Below are positions 22,033-30,999 of a DNA stretch of 64,000 nucleotides, piece after piece (positions within the stretch are counted from its first letter, which is position 1; every line of letters begins with the position of its first letter). Both the position numbers and the translations under genes were made by a program. Origin of the DNA: Candidatus Aegiribacteria sp. MLS_C. Lineage in GTDB: Bacteria; Fermentibacterota; Fermentibacteria; Fermentibacterales; JCC-6. The stretch covers positions 41,157 to 105,156 of the forward strand of contig LQBI01000034.1 of NCBI GenBank assembly GCA_002030045.1. The letters run 5' to 3'. The notes beneath the pieces were generated by a model. The model saw only the letters and a list, made by a program, of their open reading frames with translations. It searched no databases and was not told the DNA's origin.

Positions 22033-22683
22033 ATGGGCTTACCGGGATTCTTTCGGCGGATCGTAACGGGATACCTGCTTCTGGCGCTGTCCGCGGTCTG
22101 CATCTCATCGGAGATCCGTCCCCTCGATGGCAGAGCGGATGAAAGGGACTATCTCATAAGTGTCGAGTACCACTATTGGATGTACACCTATGAGTTGCAT
22201 TACGATGATGAGGTCCCATGCTGGGCCACCGATCTGGGGAACTACCAGGGCGTGATGTTCAGGCTAGAGGACTTCTTTCTATCTCCCCCCTATGAAACAG
22301 AGCTGAGTCATGCTGAATTCTGGTTCTACCATCACCCGTTGTATCCATGGGGTACCGATGAATTCCAGGCTGAGGTCTGGTGGGGAGAGGAAACAGCGCC
22401 ATTCTATCAGTTGGATGAACAGCAGGCTCTGGCGCTTCATTACAGCCCCACCATTGTAGATTTTGACCCATATTTATTTGTGTACGACTGCTTTTGGGTG
22501 ATCGTGGATACGGAACAGTCGGCAGGCGGCGGGCCGTGGCTTCTTGCGGATTCCTCGGGAAATTTCACAGGTGCCTTCCACAGCTTCTACAGCGATGATT
22601 TCATCGTCTGGCACTGGCTCTCCGGCTCCGGTCTGGGTCTGGACACCGAAACATGGGGCTGCATCAAGGGTCTCTACAGGTAG
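22033..22683 (+). CDS. Secreted hypothetical protein ending in a TWGCIKGLYR motif
   Basis: Signal peptide ...YLLLALSAVCISS; aromatic-rich. Confidence 0.6.
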   Translation: MGLPGFFRRIVTGYLLLALSAVCISSEIRPLDGRADERDYLISVEYHYWMYTYELHYDDEVPCWATDLGNYQGVMFRLEDFFLSPPYETELSHAEFWFYHHPLYPWGTDEFQAEVWWGEETAPFYQLDEQQALALHYSPTIVDFDPYLFVYDCFWVIVDTEQSAGGGPWLLADSSGNFTGAFHSFYSDDFIVWHWLSGSGLGLDTETWGCIKGLYR

Positions 22684-22848
22684 GGATTCGGGGTCGTACG
22701 GTCATCAATGACCATGCGACTCTGGTTACGATTATTGAATTATCAACGTATTAGCATCTACTAATCCACATCATGCGATCTCAGATCATTGGTTGCTATT
22801 GACTCACGGAAAGCTTTGAAGTATCTACAATGTAGATACGGAGGTTAT

Positions 22849-23085
22849 ATGAAGACAACAGTCAGAAAATGGGGAAACAGCCTTGCGGTTCGAATACCGA
22901 AGGCCATTTCGGAAGAACTCAGTATTGATGAGACAACCGTACTGGAAATGGTAACCAGGGATGGAATGCTTATCCTTGAGCCCAAGCACAGGTACCGACT
23001 AAAGGATATGCTCAATGAGATCACTGATGAGAATCTGCACGGCGAAATCGATACCGGCACGAGAACAGGTGTTGAGGAATGGTAG
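22849..23085 (+). CDS. mazE: MazE/AbrB-family antitoxin
   Basis: MKTTVRKWGNSLAVRIPKAI (SpoVT/AbrB swapped-hairpin motif). GGAGG lies 3 nt upstream of the ATG at 22849. Confidence 0.8.
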   Translation: MKTTVRKWGNSLAVRIPKAISEELSIDETTVLEMVTRDGMLILEPKHRYRLKDMLNEITDENLHGEIDTGTRTGVEEW

Positions 23086-23420
23086 TGACGATAGAACCAC
23101 CAGAACAAGGTGATCTTATCTGGCTGTCCTTCGATCCACAGAAGGGACATGAGCAGCAAGGCAGAAGGCCGGCACTTGTGCTGTCTCCCAGAGCATACAA
23201 CGAAAGAATCGGACTGGCGTTGATGTGCCCGATAACCAGCAGGAAAAAGGGTTACCCCTTTGAAGTCGATCTGCCAGACGATTGCCCAGTCTCTGGAGTA
23301 ATTCTCTCGGATCAGGTTAAAAGTCTGGACTGGAAAGCAAGAGAAGCTGAAATTGCCGGAACCGCTCCACAAATAGTACTCTCAGAGGTCCTGCAGAAGC
23401 TCTACACCTTACTTGCATAG
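23079..23420 (+). CDS. mazF: MazF/PemK-family mRNA interferase toxin
   Basis: GDLIWLSFDPQKGHEQQGRRPALVLSP...CPITSRKKGYPFEV. Overlaps mazE by 7 nt. Confidence 0.85.
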   Translation: MVVTIEPPEQGDLIWLSFDPQKGHEQQGRRPALVLSPRAYNERIGLALMCPITSRKKGYPFEVDLPDDCPVSGVILSDQVKSLDWKAREAEIAGTAPQIVLSEVLQKLYTLLA

Positions 23421-23538
23421 CTCAAAAGCCATCTGAACTGCAATCCTCATGGATATATGGCGGGCCATCTGCATTGCAGTTGGAACACGTTAGTAGTTCA
23501 TCTTGATATTATGAACAGGCTACCCGATTACGAACTGA

Positions 23539-24738
23539 TCAGGATCCAGTGAAGATGTTCACATACCTCTGGTACATGAATCTCCTGTTTCTTTTTCGAC
23601 CTGTGATCTCACTCAGTATGCCCGTTTCAACGAAACGCTGAACAAGGTCATTTGCGGTTGGGTACGAAGTACCGATCAAAGACCTGATATCATGAACGGA
23701 TACAATAGGCACTCTGTAGAGCAACTCTAGAACTCTATGACCGTTCCCTGCAGCACGACCGAACTCCGCAGTGATGATCCTCCGATCTGTTTCCCGCAGA
23801 GCAATTATCCTTCTAGCGGTCTCCGTCGCCTGGATACTGACTTCAACGATGCCGGTAAGAAAGAATACCAACCAATCCTCCCATGCCCCCCGTTCTCGGA
23901 TATCCTGTAACCTTTCGTAATACTCCATACGGTGCTTCTTCAGATAGTACGAGAGGTAAAGCACCGGTTTGCTCAGTACCTGCTTCTCACATAACAGGAA
24001 TGTAATGAGAAGCCTGCCTATCCTTCCATTCCCGTCCAGGAAGGGATGGATGGTCTCGAACTGCGCATGTGCGAGGCCGATGTTCACGAGCAGAGGCAAC
24101 CGTGAATCATCATGAAGGAACTTCTCCAGATCACCGAGGAGCCCTGTGACCTCCTCCGGAGGGGGAGGAACAAATGTCGCCTCCGCAAGAGTGCAGCCTC
24201 CGGGACCTATCCAGTTCTGGCTCCGGCGGAGTTCACCGGGAGTAAGTCGGGACCCTCTCACTCCCTCCATAAGTTTGTGGTGGATCTCCCGGAAGAGCCT
24301 GACCGAAAGTGGAAGCTCCTTGAGTCGCTCAAGACCATAGTTCATGGCACGGACATAGTTGATCACTTCGCCCACGTCCTTTGGCCGCTGAGGATCGAGT
24401 ATCCTTGCCTCTGCCTCCAGTATGTCCTGAAGGGAGCTCTGAGTCCCTTCGATCTGGCTTGATAGCACCGCTTCCTTCCGAATGTACATGTAGACGAAAA
24501 GATCGGGATCAGGGAGAGTGAGTATTGAACCATCCAGCCTTCCAAGCGCCCTGTCGGCTTTCGATAGCAGCTCCTGCAGGATACCAGCTATCCTGATCGG
24601 CGGTTCTGGAGGAAGAGGATCAGGTATAAAAGCGGAGTATCCGGTTGATTGAAGAGCATATCTTCCTGAACGGGTCGACTGTGAACTCTGTTCATCATGC
24701 TGCACCAATTCAGATCCTCCCTTTAATACACAACACAT
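23539..24738 (-). CDS. Fic-family protein (AMPylase-type)
   Basis: Fic motif HPFLDGNGRIGRLL plus a C-terminal winged-helix-like region. Exact start uncertain. Confidence 0.85.
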   Translation of the reverse strand: MCCVLKGGSELVQHDEQSSQSTRSGRYALQSTGYSAFIPDPLPPEPPIRIAGILQELLSKADRALGRLDGSILTLPDPDLFVYMYIRKEAVLSSQIEGTQSSLQDILEAEARILDPQRPKDVGEVINYVRAMNYGLERLKELPLSVRLFREIHHKLMEGVRGSRLTPGELRRSQNWIGPGGCTLAEATFVPPPPEEVTGLLGDLEKFLHDDSRLPLLVNIGLAHAQFETIHPFLDGNGRIGRLLITFLLCEKQVLSKPVLYLSYYLKKHRMEYYERLQDIRERGAWEDWLVFFLTGIVEVSIQATETARRIIALRETDRRIITAEFGRAAGNGHRVLELLYRVPIVSVHDIRSLIGTSYPTANDLVQRFVETGILSEITGRKRNRRFMYQRYVNIFTGS

Positions 24739-24747
24739 AGGCCCTTC

Positions 24748-24770
24748 ATATTAAGGTTTAACCTTAATAT
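24748..24770. promoter_or_regulatory. Perfect 23-bp palindrome upstream of fic (candidate operator)
   Basis: ATATTAAGGTT-T-AACCTTAATAT with 11-bp arms, 10 nt upstream of the longest fic ORF start. Confidence 0.45.
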
Positions 24771-24830
24771 AGGCTCATTCGAATTGCCTGTGCAAGGTTT
24801 CACCATTGTGAACACGGGGTCGGAACACGG

Positions 24831-24976
24831 GGTCGTACGTTACTTCGGGTCACTTACAAATGACTTTTCTCCGGAATATGCAGATCAGACGATCTACTGG
24901 TCCTGGTTTTCCTAGCAACGGCGGTTTTCATATGCGGCAAATTTCTTCTGTAAGTAACCCGAAGTAACGTACGACC
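24831..24976. repeat. 146-bp MITE-like element with 28-bp terminal inverted repeats
   Basis: GGTCGTACGTTACTTCGGGTCACTTACA (24831-24858) pairs with TGTAAGTAACCCGAAGTAACGTACGACC (24949-24976) at 27/28. No ORF inside. Confidence 0.5.
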
Positions 24977-25282
24977 ACGGCTGCCGACACTGGCTGCGGA
25001 ACCTTTGCCTGATCGGTGAGGGTGCCCTCATCGGTGGTGTAGAGCCTTAGTGGTTCTTAATTATAATCGTGGCGGGTCGCCTGCATCGCAGTTGGAACAC
25101 AATCCTCGCAAATCTAAATAGTCTCATGGACCCTTTTATCATCACAACTGAAGCTCTGAAAAGTGAAACTACTTAGTACTTAGTAAATGATATCCTTCTG
25201 GTTTGCGGAAATCCGATAGATCATTCTGCTATTAGATATGTGCACATAGTAATGAGGGATTGTATCAAATCCTACATCTGTT

Positions 25283-25347
25283 TATACAACAACAATCTAG
25301 GGGACGATTGGTTCTGAATTATAATCATGGCGGAGGGGGTGGGATTC
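25283..25347. repeat. 65-bp direct repeat, distal copy (contains a 20-nt tRNA-Ser 3' end remnant)
   Basis: 62/65 identical to 27661-27725. Includes TGGCGGAGGGGGTGGGATTC. Confidence 0.8.
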
Positions 25348-25451
25348 ACTTCGACTCGCCCGTGAATCTGGCGAATCACGTTCTCGCTCAGTGTAAACTC
25401 ACCATTTCAGTCTTCGACTGAAGGTCCGAATCACCGGCTTCATTACGAAAG

Positions 25452-25480
25452 AAAAACCCCCGAAGAAGGGGGTTTCACTT
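25452..25480 (-). terminator. Orphan intrinsic-terminator-like hairpin
   Basis: AAAAACCCCC-GAAGAA-GGGGGTTT. The U-tract is better on the minus strand (GGGGGTTTTTCTTTC), but no gene reads into it. Confidence 0.4.
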
Positions 25481-25629
25481 TCGTGGCGGGGCATCTTAAC
25501 ACATTATCGAACTATCTTCAATCAATGTAACCCAGTATTCAATGCTATTTCCTTTCTTTGAAGGAAGAGCGATATTACTTTCCAGTATCAGAACTAGGGG
25601 GTGCTGGTTCTGCATATCTGGGGGTTACA

Positions 25630-27519
25630 ATGAAATTCAACATCGTATCTAAGCTACTACTTGCATTACTGATTATCATGAAGATAACTATGGCAGAGGA
25701 ATATGGAACTATTGAGGGGGTGGTCACTGCTCCTTTCGGTCAACCTCCGTCTCAGAACTGGATGATTGGTGTAACCAGTGGTGGGTACGGAAGCTCTACA
25801 GATTCTGAAGGATATTACTCCTTCAGCCTTCCAGAAGGATGCTACGATGTGCGGACGTATTTCATGGGAACGGACACAACTGTGAGCAACGTTCATGTCT
25901 ATCCGGATTCAACAACCGAGTTGAATATCATGATAATTGGGGATCTTCGCAGGTATGCCTGGTCCGAAGTCTCTGATCCTCTAAGTAATATCGAAACAAG
26001 TGAAGTCCAGATAGCCCTAGAAACTGATGAAGCTGCATTGCCAGAATACTTCGGACTATTCTTCAAAGGAGAGCACTGTTACTTTGATTGGATTTCGGAT
26101 TACTCGATCCGTGCTGATCTTCCTCTGAATAATGAGTACTTGAGCTGGTACACTCCTGAAATGGCGGAAAGGAACATAATCCTTGGAAGCGAAGATCCGG
26201 ACACTACACTGCGTATCATCGATAACCGCCGGTACGCACGTGTTCTTGAGAAGATTAATAACCTTCCCACACTCATGGGAATCAATGGAATAAGCGACGA
26301 GATGACCAGGAACGGTTTTCGGATGGATCGTACAGTCATCGATCTGCTTGAGTATGGGTATCCTGCACTCGAGGATTTTGGTCTTGTGACAGCTAAAGTC
26401 ACTTTTCCTGAAAGTCGTCATTGGAGGGTGCTGCTTGTCTTCAAAGACAAGGCGGTTGTATTGCTTGATTCAGGGCAGCAACAGACGTTTGATTTCGGCA
26501 TGGACATCAGAGAATGCGTAGTCTCCAGGAACGGCAGATACATTATAGCATATGAGGCAATAGGTAGGGAATACAGGGGAGGAGATGCCCTGTTCCTGGA
26601 TACGGAGACTTCACGGTCTATCGTTTTCGATCCCAGCCCCCAGAGGATAAACACCGACCCATACATATCTTCTCATGGAGTTATAATCGGTAGGCATTAT
26701 TACACTCAGGGTCACGTATCCGATAGTGGTGAGTTTGCTCGGCTCGATTTCTCAAGGGAGTTTCTGTACTTCGATTCCGATTTGTCAGTTCTGTGGACTA
26801 TCGATCTCGAAGAATATGGCATCATGCCCGATTGTGTGAACTACCTTACTCCTGATGGTTCTATCGTCCTTCTGTTCGGTATCCTGAATCAGGAACAAGT
26901 ACTGAGTTTTTTTGATCAATACTCCAATCAGCTTGAAGTTCTAACGCTTCATGGTGATCTCCGAGATATGCTATACCAGGATGAGAAAGGGCCTATAGCT
27001 GTAAATGACTTATCAACAGTAATGCTGATCGCCAGCAATATAAGCTCTGGTCCTTTGCAGTATCCGGGACCGGGAACACTTGTAGTTGACCTGGAATCAA
27101 GAAGCATAGTACAGCACTGGCAGAGTTCCTCTTATACCAAGTTTCCCTGTCTGTCACCAGATGGAACCTACGGAGCTCATATTGTCCTTTCGTCTCCTGC
27201 TGATCATCAGACATATGAGATCAGGAATATTCCCGATAACGAAACAGTATATTCATATGAACTCGAGCAAGACGACATATGGACACTTCGAAGATTTAGT
27301 GGATTGGCTGAGAATGGGAATTCACTTATTCGCTTGGTTACACGTTCAAGGGCCAGACACGTTCTCATGGACAGTGAAGGATCATTACTGTGGGTTTCTG
27401 CTACCAGAGCAATCTTCCCGTCTTCGATCGGATGTACGGAACTAGCAAGAGACGGTTTGGCACTTGCTTATCTTGATGACAACTATCTGAATATTCTGGA
27501 GTTTTCACAGTCTGAATAA
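25630..27519 (+). CDS. Secreted protein: CarboxypepD_reg-like N-domain plus beta-propeller-like region (hypothetical)
   Basis: Signal peptide MKFNIVSKLLLALLIIMKITMA, then GTIEGVV...TDSEGYYSFSLPEGCYDV. Low G+C; start moved to the ATG at 25630. Confidence 0.7.
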   Translation: MKFNIVSKLLLALLIIMKITMAEEYGTIEGVVTAPFGQPPSQNWMIGVTSGGYGSSTDSEGYYSFSLPEGCYDVRTYFMGTDTTVSNVHVYPDSTTELNIMIIGDLRRYAWSEVSDPLSNIETSEVQIALETDEAALPEYFGLFFKGEHCYFDWISDYSIRADLPLNNEYLSWYTPEMAERNIILGSEDPDTTLRIIDNRRYARVLEKINNLPTLMGINGISDEMTRNGFRMDRTVIDLLEYGYPALEDFGLVTAKVTFPESRHWRVLLVFKDKAVVLLDSGQQQTFDFGMDIRECVVSRNGRYIIAYEAIGREYRGGDALFLDTETSRSIVFDPSPQRINTDPYISSHGVIIGRHYYTQGHVSDSGEFARLDFSREFLYFDSDLSVLWTIDLEEYGIMPDCVNYLTPDGSIVLLFGILNQEQVLSFFDQYSNQLEVLTLHGDLRDMLYQDEKGPIAVNDLSTVMLIASNISSGPLQYPGPGTLVVDLESRSIVQHWQSSSYTKFPCLSPDGTYGAHIVLSSPADHQTYEIRNIPDNETVYSYELEQDDIWTLRRFSGLAENGNSLIRLVTRSRARHVLMDSEGSLLWVSATRAIFPSSIGCTELARDGLALAYLDDNYLNILEFSQSE

Positions 27520-27660
27520 TCGATAAGCTCTGTACACCATTAGAAGAATCATTGATCAGATTGTATTCGAACCCTGTATACTATTGTTGTGTATGTACAT
27601 GTGGTATGAGCATGTCCAGATCACGCTGATGCAAGAATTGTATCGAACCACACATATATC

Positions 27661-27725
27661 TATACAGCAACAATCTAGGGGACGATTGATTCTGAATTGT
27701 AATCATGGCGGAGGGGGTGGGATTC
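27661..27725. repeat. 65-bp direct repeat, tRNA-proximal copy
   Basis: Spans 45 nt downstream of tRNA-Ser plus its last 20 nt. Confidence 0.8.
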
Positions 27726-27796
27726 GAACCCACGGACCCCAAAAAGGGATCAACGGTTTTCGAGACCGTCCCGTTCAACCGCTCCGGCACCCCTCC
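27706..27796 (-). tRNA. tRNA-Ser (anticodon CGA), encoded CCA
   Basis: Reverse complement folds as GGAGGGG/CCCCTCC acceptor, ACGGT-CTCGAAA-ACCGT anticodon arm, long variable arm and GGGTTCGAATCCC T-arm. 91 nt. Confidence 0.9.
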
Positions 27797-27970
27797 GCGG
27801 GGAGGCAAAATATGACGGGAAGTAGAAGTTTCGGCAAGTGTTAGCAGCTTCTGGGCTATTTACATCGGGAACCAAAAAACACATTGATTCACTACACTTT
27901 GGCAGGACTGGTGTTCTATTGTTGTGGTCATATATTTCTGGAAACACAGAAATCCTTAAGGAGAATACAA

Positions 27971-28792
27971 TTGAATAATCCATTAGCGTTCTTTGCATTG
28001 CTGGCATCGGCGCTTTTCATGACCGCCTGCCTGCCGGAGGAACGAACGCCGGGAATAGGGCCCGAGTTCAACTCCGTCCTTCTCGTGGACACCGGCCCCA
28101 CACCGGGCGACTTCATTCAGGGCGACCTCTCGGTCTTCACTCTGAGGTGGACACCAGCCGAGGACGCTGAGTGGTACGATATAAGGATTTCTCCGGATCA
28201 CATCACTGATTCCAACTGGGATCACGCTCTCCGGATCGATTCCGTCCCGGCGCAGGATACAACGGAAATGGTGGTCTATGTAGAGGTCCAGCCGGAAGTA
28301 TTCGAGAACACATGCATCTCCTGCGGCCTCTGCGTGGACGCCTGTCCCCAGGACGCCATGAGCCTCGTGGGAGGAAAGGCCGTCATCGACCTGGAGAAGT
28401 GCACCGCCTGCGGAGAATGCGTTGCAGTATGTCCTGTGAACGCAATCACCGACAGCAGATTCGGTCAGGCCTACTACTTCGCAGTAAGAGCCATGAGTTC
28501 CGGCAACACATGGTCCGAGCTCATAACGACGGACAGCAGGTACAGGCTTCGGTACATGAACTACGAACCCTGGTGCGGCGACTGTGCCTACGAGTGCTAT
28601 ATCCTGCTGGATTCCTGCGGCCCCGGCTGTCCGGTGGACGCCATATGGTACACTCCTGACGGAGGCACCCCCGGAGTGGATTCCGGGCTGGTGCATATCG
28701 ACTACGATCTTTGCATCGACTGCGGCCAGTGCTTCATACAGTGCCGCCAGTACGGTCTCTGGTCAATAATGAAGGAGGTGGTGGAAGAATGA
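27971..28792 (+). CDS. Exported lipoprotein with FN3-like region and two 4Fe-4S dicluster-type domains
   Basis: In-frame TTG at 27971, 7 nt after AAGGAG, gives [20 protein letters not shown] (lipobox). Motifs [32 protein letters not shown]...CGPGCP and [11 protein letters not shown]. Confidence 0.75.
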   Translation: MNNPLAFFALLASALFMTACLPEERTPGIGPEFNSVLLVDTGPTPGDFIQGDLSVFTLRWTPAEDAEWYDIRISPDHITDSNWDHALRIDSVPAQDTTEMVVYVEVQPEVFENTCISCGLCVDACPQDAMSLVGGKAVIDLEKCTACGECVAVCPVNAITDSRFGQAYYFAVRAMSSGNTWSELITTDSRYRLRYMNYEPWCGDCAYECYILLDSCGPGCPVDAIWYTPDGGTPGVDSGLVHIDYDLCIDCGQCFIQCRQYGLWSIMKEVVEE

Positions 28793-29283
28793 GGGCACTG
28801 ATCACTGCAGTACTGCTCATCTCGGCATCCACGGGTTTCTGTTCGCTTACGTTCTCTCAGGGTTCCGGGGGCGGGATCGTCGAATGGGAACCCTTCGAGA
28901 GTGAATACCGGTCGCTGGTGTTGAGGGCGTCCGACACCGAATACGATGCCGGTGACACGGACTGGGGAGAGGTCCTGGCGACCATCGTACCCGATGAAAA
29001 CGGGGTCTTCCCGTCATCCGTACAGTTGCCCGCAGCCTTCTTCGTTGACCGGGACAGGTGCATTTCCGACGGGATATGCGTTTCACAGTGCCCAACCGGG
29101 GCGATCACCCTCGATCCGGAGGGGAAGGCAGTCATCGATTCCGACCTTTGCATAGCCTGCGGCATATGCGCCGCTGTTTGCCCTGTTAATGCGATATTTG
29201 CGCCCAATGCCGGGCTTCACTACGGACTGTTCGGTGTTACGGGTGAGGGGGCGGAGGAGTTCATCCAGGGGTCCGGGGAATGA
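28789..29283 (+). CDS. Exported ferredoxin-like protein (one Asp-substituted and one canonical 4Fe-4S motif)
   Basis: ATGA overlap with the previous gene. Signal [17 protein letters not shown]. Motifs [12 protein letters not shown] and [12 protein letters not shown]. Confidence 0.75.
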   Translation: MRALITAVLLISASTGFCSLTFSQGSGGGIVEWEPFESEYRSLVLRASDTEYDAGDTDWGEVLATIVPDENGVFPSSVQLPAAFFVDRDRCISDGICVSQCPTGAITLDPEGKAVIDSDLCIACGICAAVCPVNAIFAPNAGLHYGLFGVTGEGAEEFIQGSGE

Positions 29284-29516
29284 CCCGCAAGGCAGCCGTA
29301 GTAACCGCCATTCTCTTCATACTTGCAGCGGCGGCCATCGCCCAGACACTGGTCTACAGGGTGGACCGCTCCGTCTGCACCGGATGCGGGGACTGCGCCG
29401 CCGTCTGTCCCGTAGACGCTGTGGAGATCATAGACGGGAAGTCCCATATCGATCCCGAGAAGTGCATAGGATGCGGCTTCTGCCAGGGGGTGTGCACCTA
29501 TGATGCGATACGCTAG
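29280..29516 (+). CDS. Exported 2x[4Fe-4S] ferredoxin-like protein (78 aa)
   Basis: ATGA overlap. Signal [23 protein letters not shown]. Motifs [12 protein letters not shown] and [11 protein letters not shown]. Confidence 0.75.
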   Translation: MTRKAAVVTAILFILAAAAIAQTLVYRVDRSVCTGCGDCAAVCPVDAVEIIDGKSHIDPEKCIGCGFCQGVCTYDAIR

Positions 29517-29748
29517 GTACATCGTCGCCGCGCTGGCGGGGATAGTCCTCATGCTGGCCTGCGAGGGACCCCTGGACTCCACCCAGCTCATGGTAAACAC
29601 CGACGACTGCATCGGCTGCGGTGAATGCGTGGAGGTCTGTCCCTACAACGCCATCGAGATCATAGGCGGAGACGCGGTCATTGATCCCTCCCTTTGCCAC
29701 TTCTGCTACAGGTGCGTCGAGCAGTGCCCGGAAGGAGCAATATACTGA
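29500..29748 (+). CDS. Lipoprotein 2x[4Fe-4S] ferredoxin-like protein (82 aa)
   Basis: Signal with lipobox [21 protein letters not shown]. Motifs CIGCGECVEVCP and CHFCYRCVEQCP. Confidence 0.75.
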   Translation: MMRYARYIVAALAGIVLMLACEGPLDSTQLMVNTDDCIGCGECVEVCPYNAIEIIGGDAVIDPSLCHFCYRCVEQCPEGAIY

Positions 29749-30953
29749 TGAGATACATCATTCCGTTCCTTCTGGTATTCCCACTCGCCGCCTCCGCCGT
29801 CACCCTGGACAGCTGGCTGAACTTCACCACAGGCGGCGACAGTCTGTCCCCGCAGCTCGGCACCCTGGACATCGGGGGCCTTCTGCAGGGCAACGGCTGG
29901 GGAGTCCTTCTTCAGGAGAAGCACGTGAGCATGGATACCACCGGAGTGGTGGACAGGGTTCTCAACAGTTACAGCCGGACGGACCTGGACATCAGCATCC
30001 AGGCCGGCCCTGTAAGGATCAACCCGGACCTCGTATGGACGGTGGACCTGGGCGACGATGAGCCGGAGCTGGTCCTGCCCGTACAGGGCGGCATAGCCTA
30101 CAGGGAAGGGTCCCTGAGACCCGGTCTTGGCATCGAGGCACAGGTCAGCGAGAACCTCAAGTTCTTCGCGGACGGCTTCTACTGGAGCCGGGACATCGTG
30201 CACGAGGACGGCAGCGACCTCGGCTGGACGGATACCCGCTTCAGCGGCGGGGCCACCTGGGACTCCCCGTGGATAGCTTCCCTGACGGTGGCGGGTCTGA
30301 CCCACAACACCGTTGCGGACTACATAGACTACGACAACACCTGGAACCGTTACGACGTGAGCGTCGCCCTCCATCCCTCTACACTGCCCAGGAACATGTA
30401 CGTGACTGGAGAGGTCACCTATTCCGTCTACGACGGCAGGGATTTCCTGGACGCCGAGATAGCCGACAGGCTCACCTCCAGGGTGCGGCTGATGCAGATG
30501 GGAATCATACCGTCCATTTCGGTGAACACGATTTTCGAGTCCTCGGTGGATTTCGACGGAGAGACGGTGAGGAACGCCTGCACCGCCCTGGAGTCCAGGC
30601 TGGTCTGGAGGTTCCTCAGGGACCGGGAAGTCCCATCCGCGGTCATCCTCTCAGGGCGGCTCACTCGTTCGTCCATAAGGACCGAGAAGGCTGGTATCTT
30701 CTCCAGGATCAACATTTACCGCGGGCTTTCCCTGCTGGCCGAGGCCGAGGCCAGGGTAACCCCCACCTCTGTGGCCGGGGCAGGTCCAGACAGGCAGAGG
30801 TACGTGTTCGGACCTGGCCTGGAGTACCAGTTCGGGAACAGGGCCCGTATCTGGGGTATTGTGGAACAAGAGAGGACCGATTTGACCCGCAACGAGAACT
30901 GGTGGCGCATCAGGTCGGGCCTGGAGTTCTACCCGGGAACCGTGAGCTTCTGA
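29748..30953 (+). CDS. Outer-membrane beta-barrel protein (hypothetical, 401 aa)
   Basis: TGATG overlap with the previous gene. Signal MRYIIPFLLVFPLAASA. Amphipathic beta periodicity and C-terminal ...LEFYPGTVSF (terminal Phe). Confidence 0.65.
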   Translation: MRYIIPFLLVFPLAASAVTLDSWLNFTTGGDSLSPQLGTLDIGGLLQGNGWGVLLQEKHVSMDTTGVVDRVLNSYSRTDLDISIQAGPVRINPDLVWTVDLGDDEPELVLPVQGGIAYREGSLRPGLGIEAQVSENLKFFADGFYWSRDIVHEDGSDLGWTDTRFSGGATWDSPWIASLTVAGLTHNTVADYIDYDNTWNRYDVSVALHPSTLPRNMYVTGEVTYSVYDGRDFLDAEIADRLTSRVRLMQMGIIPSISVNTIFESSVDFDGETVRNACTALESRLVWRFLRDREVPSAVILSGRLTRSSIRTEKAGIFSRINIYRGLSLLAEAEARVTPTSVAGAGPDRQRYVFGPGLEYQFGNRARIWGIVEQERTDLTRNENWWRIRSGLEFYPGTVSF

Positions 30954-30999
30954 GAAGCCTGCGGGCAATTCCCGCAGGCTCCCATGAGAGGATGTCCTA

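Larger units (their letters stand above)
22690..27725. mobile_element. Lower-G+C islet array at the 3' end of tRNA-Ser (mazEF, fic, MITE-like IR, repeat-bracketed cassette); no integrase seen
   Basis: Clear compositional drop relative to the flanks. A partial tRNA-Ser 3' end is duplicated at 25328-25347. Short junction repeats occur at 23458, 25051, 25283, 25484 and 27661. Confidence 0.55.

Noticed and set aside
23458-23488. TGGCGG-initiated repeats (also 25051-25100 and 25484-25502) as tRNA gene fragments
   Set aside because: Apart from the TGG-N-acceptor-like start they lack a T-arm (no GGTTCGAAT-type sequence). Only the 25328-25347 copy truly matches tRNA-Ser.
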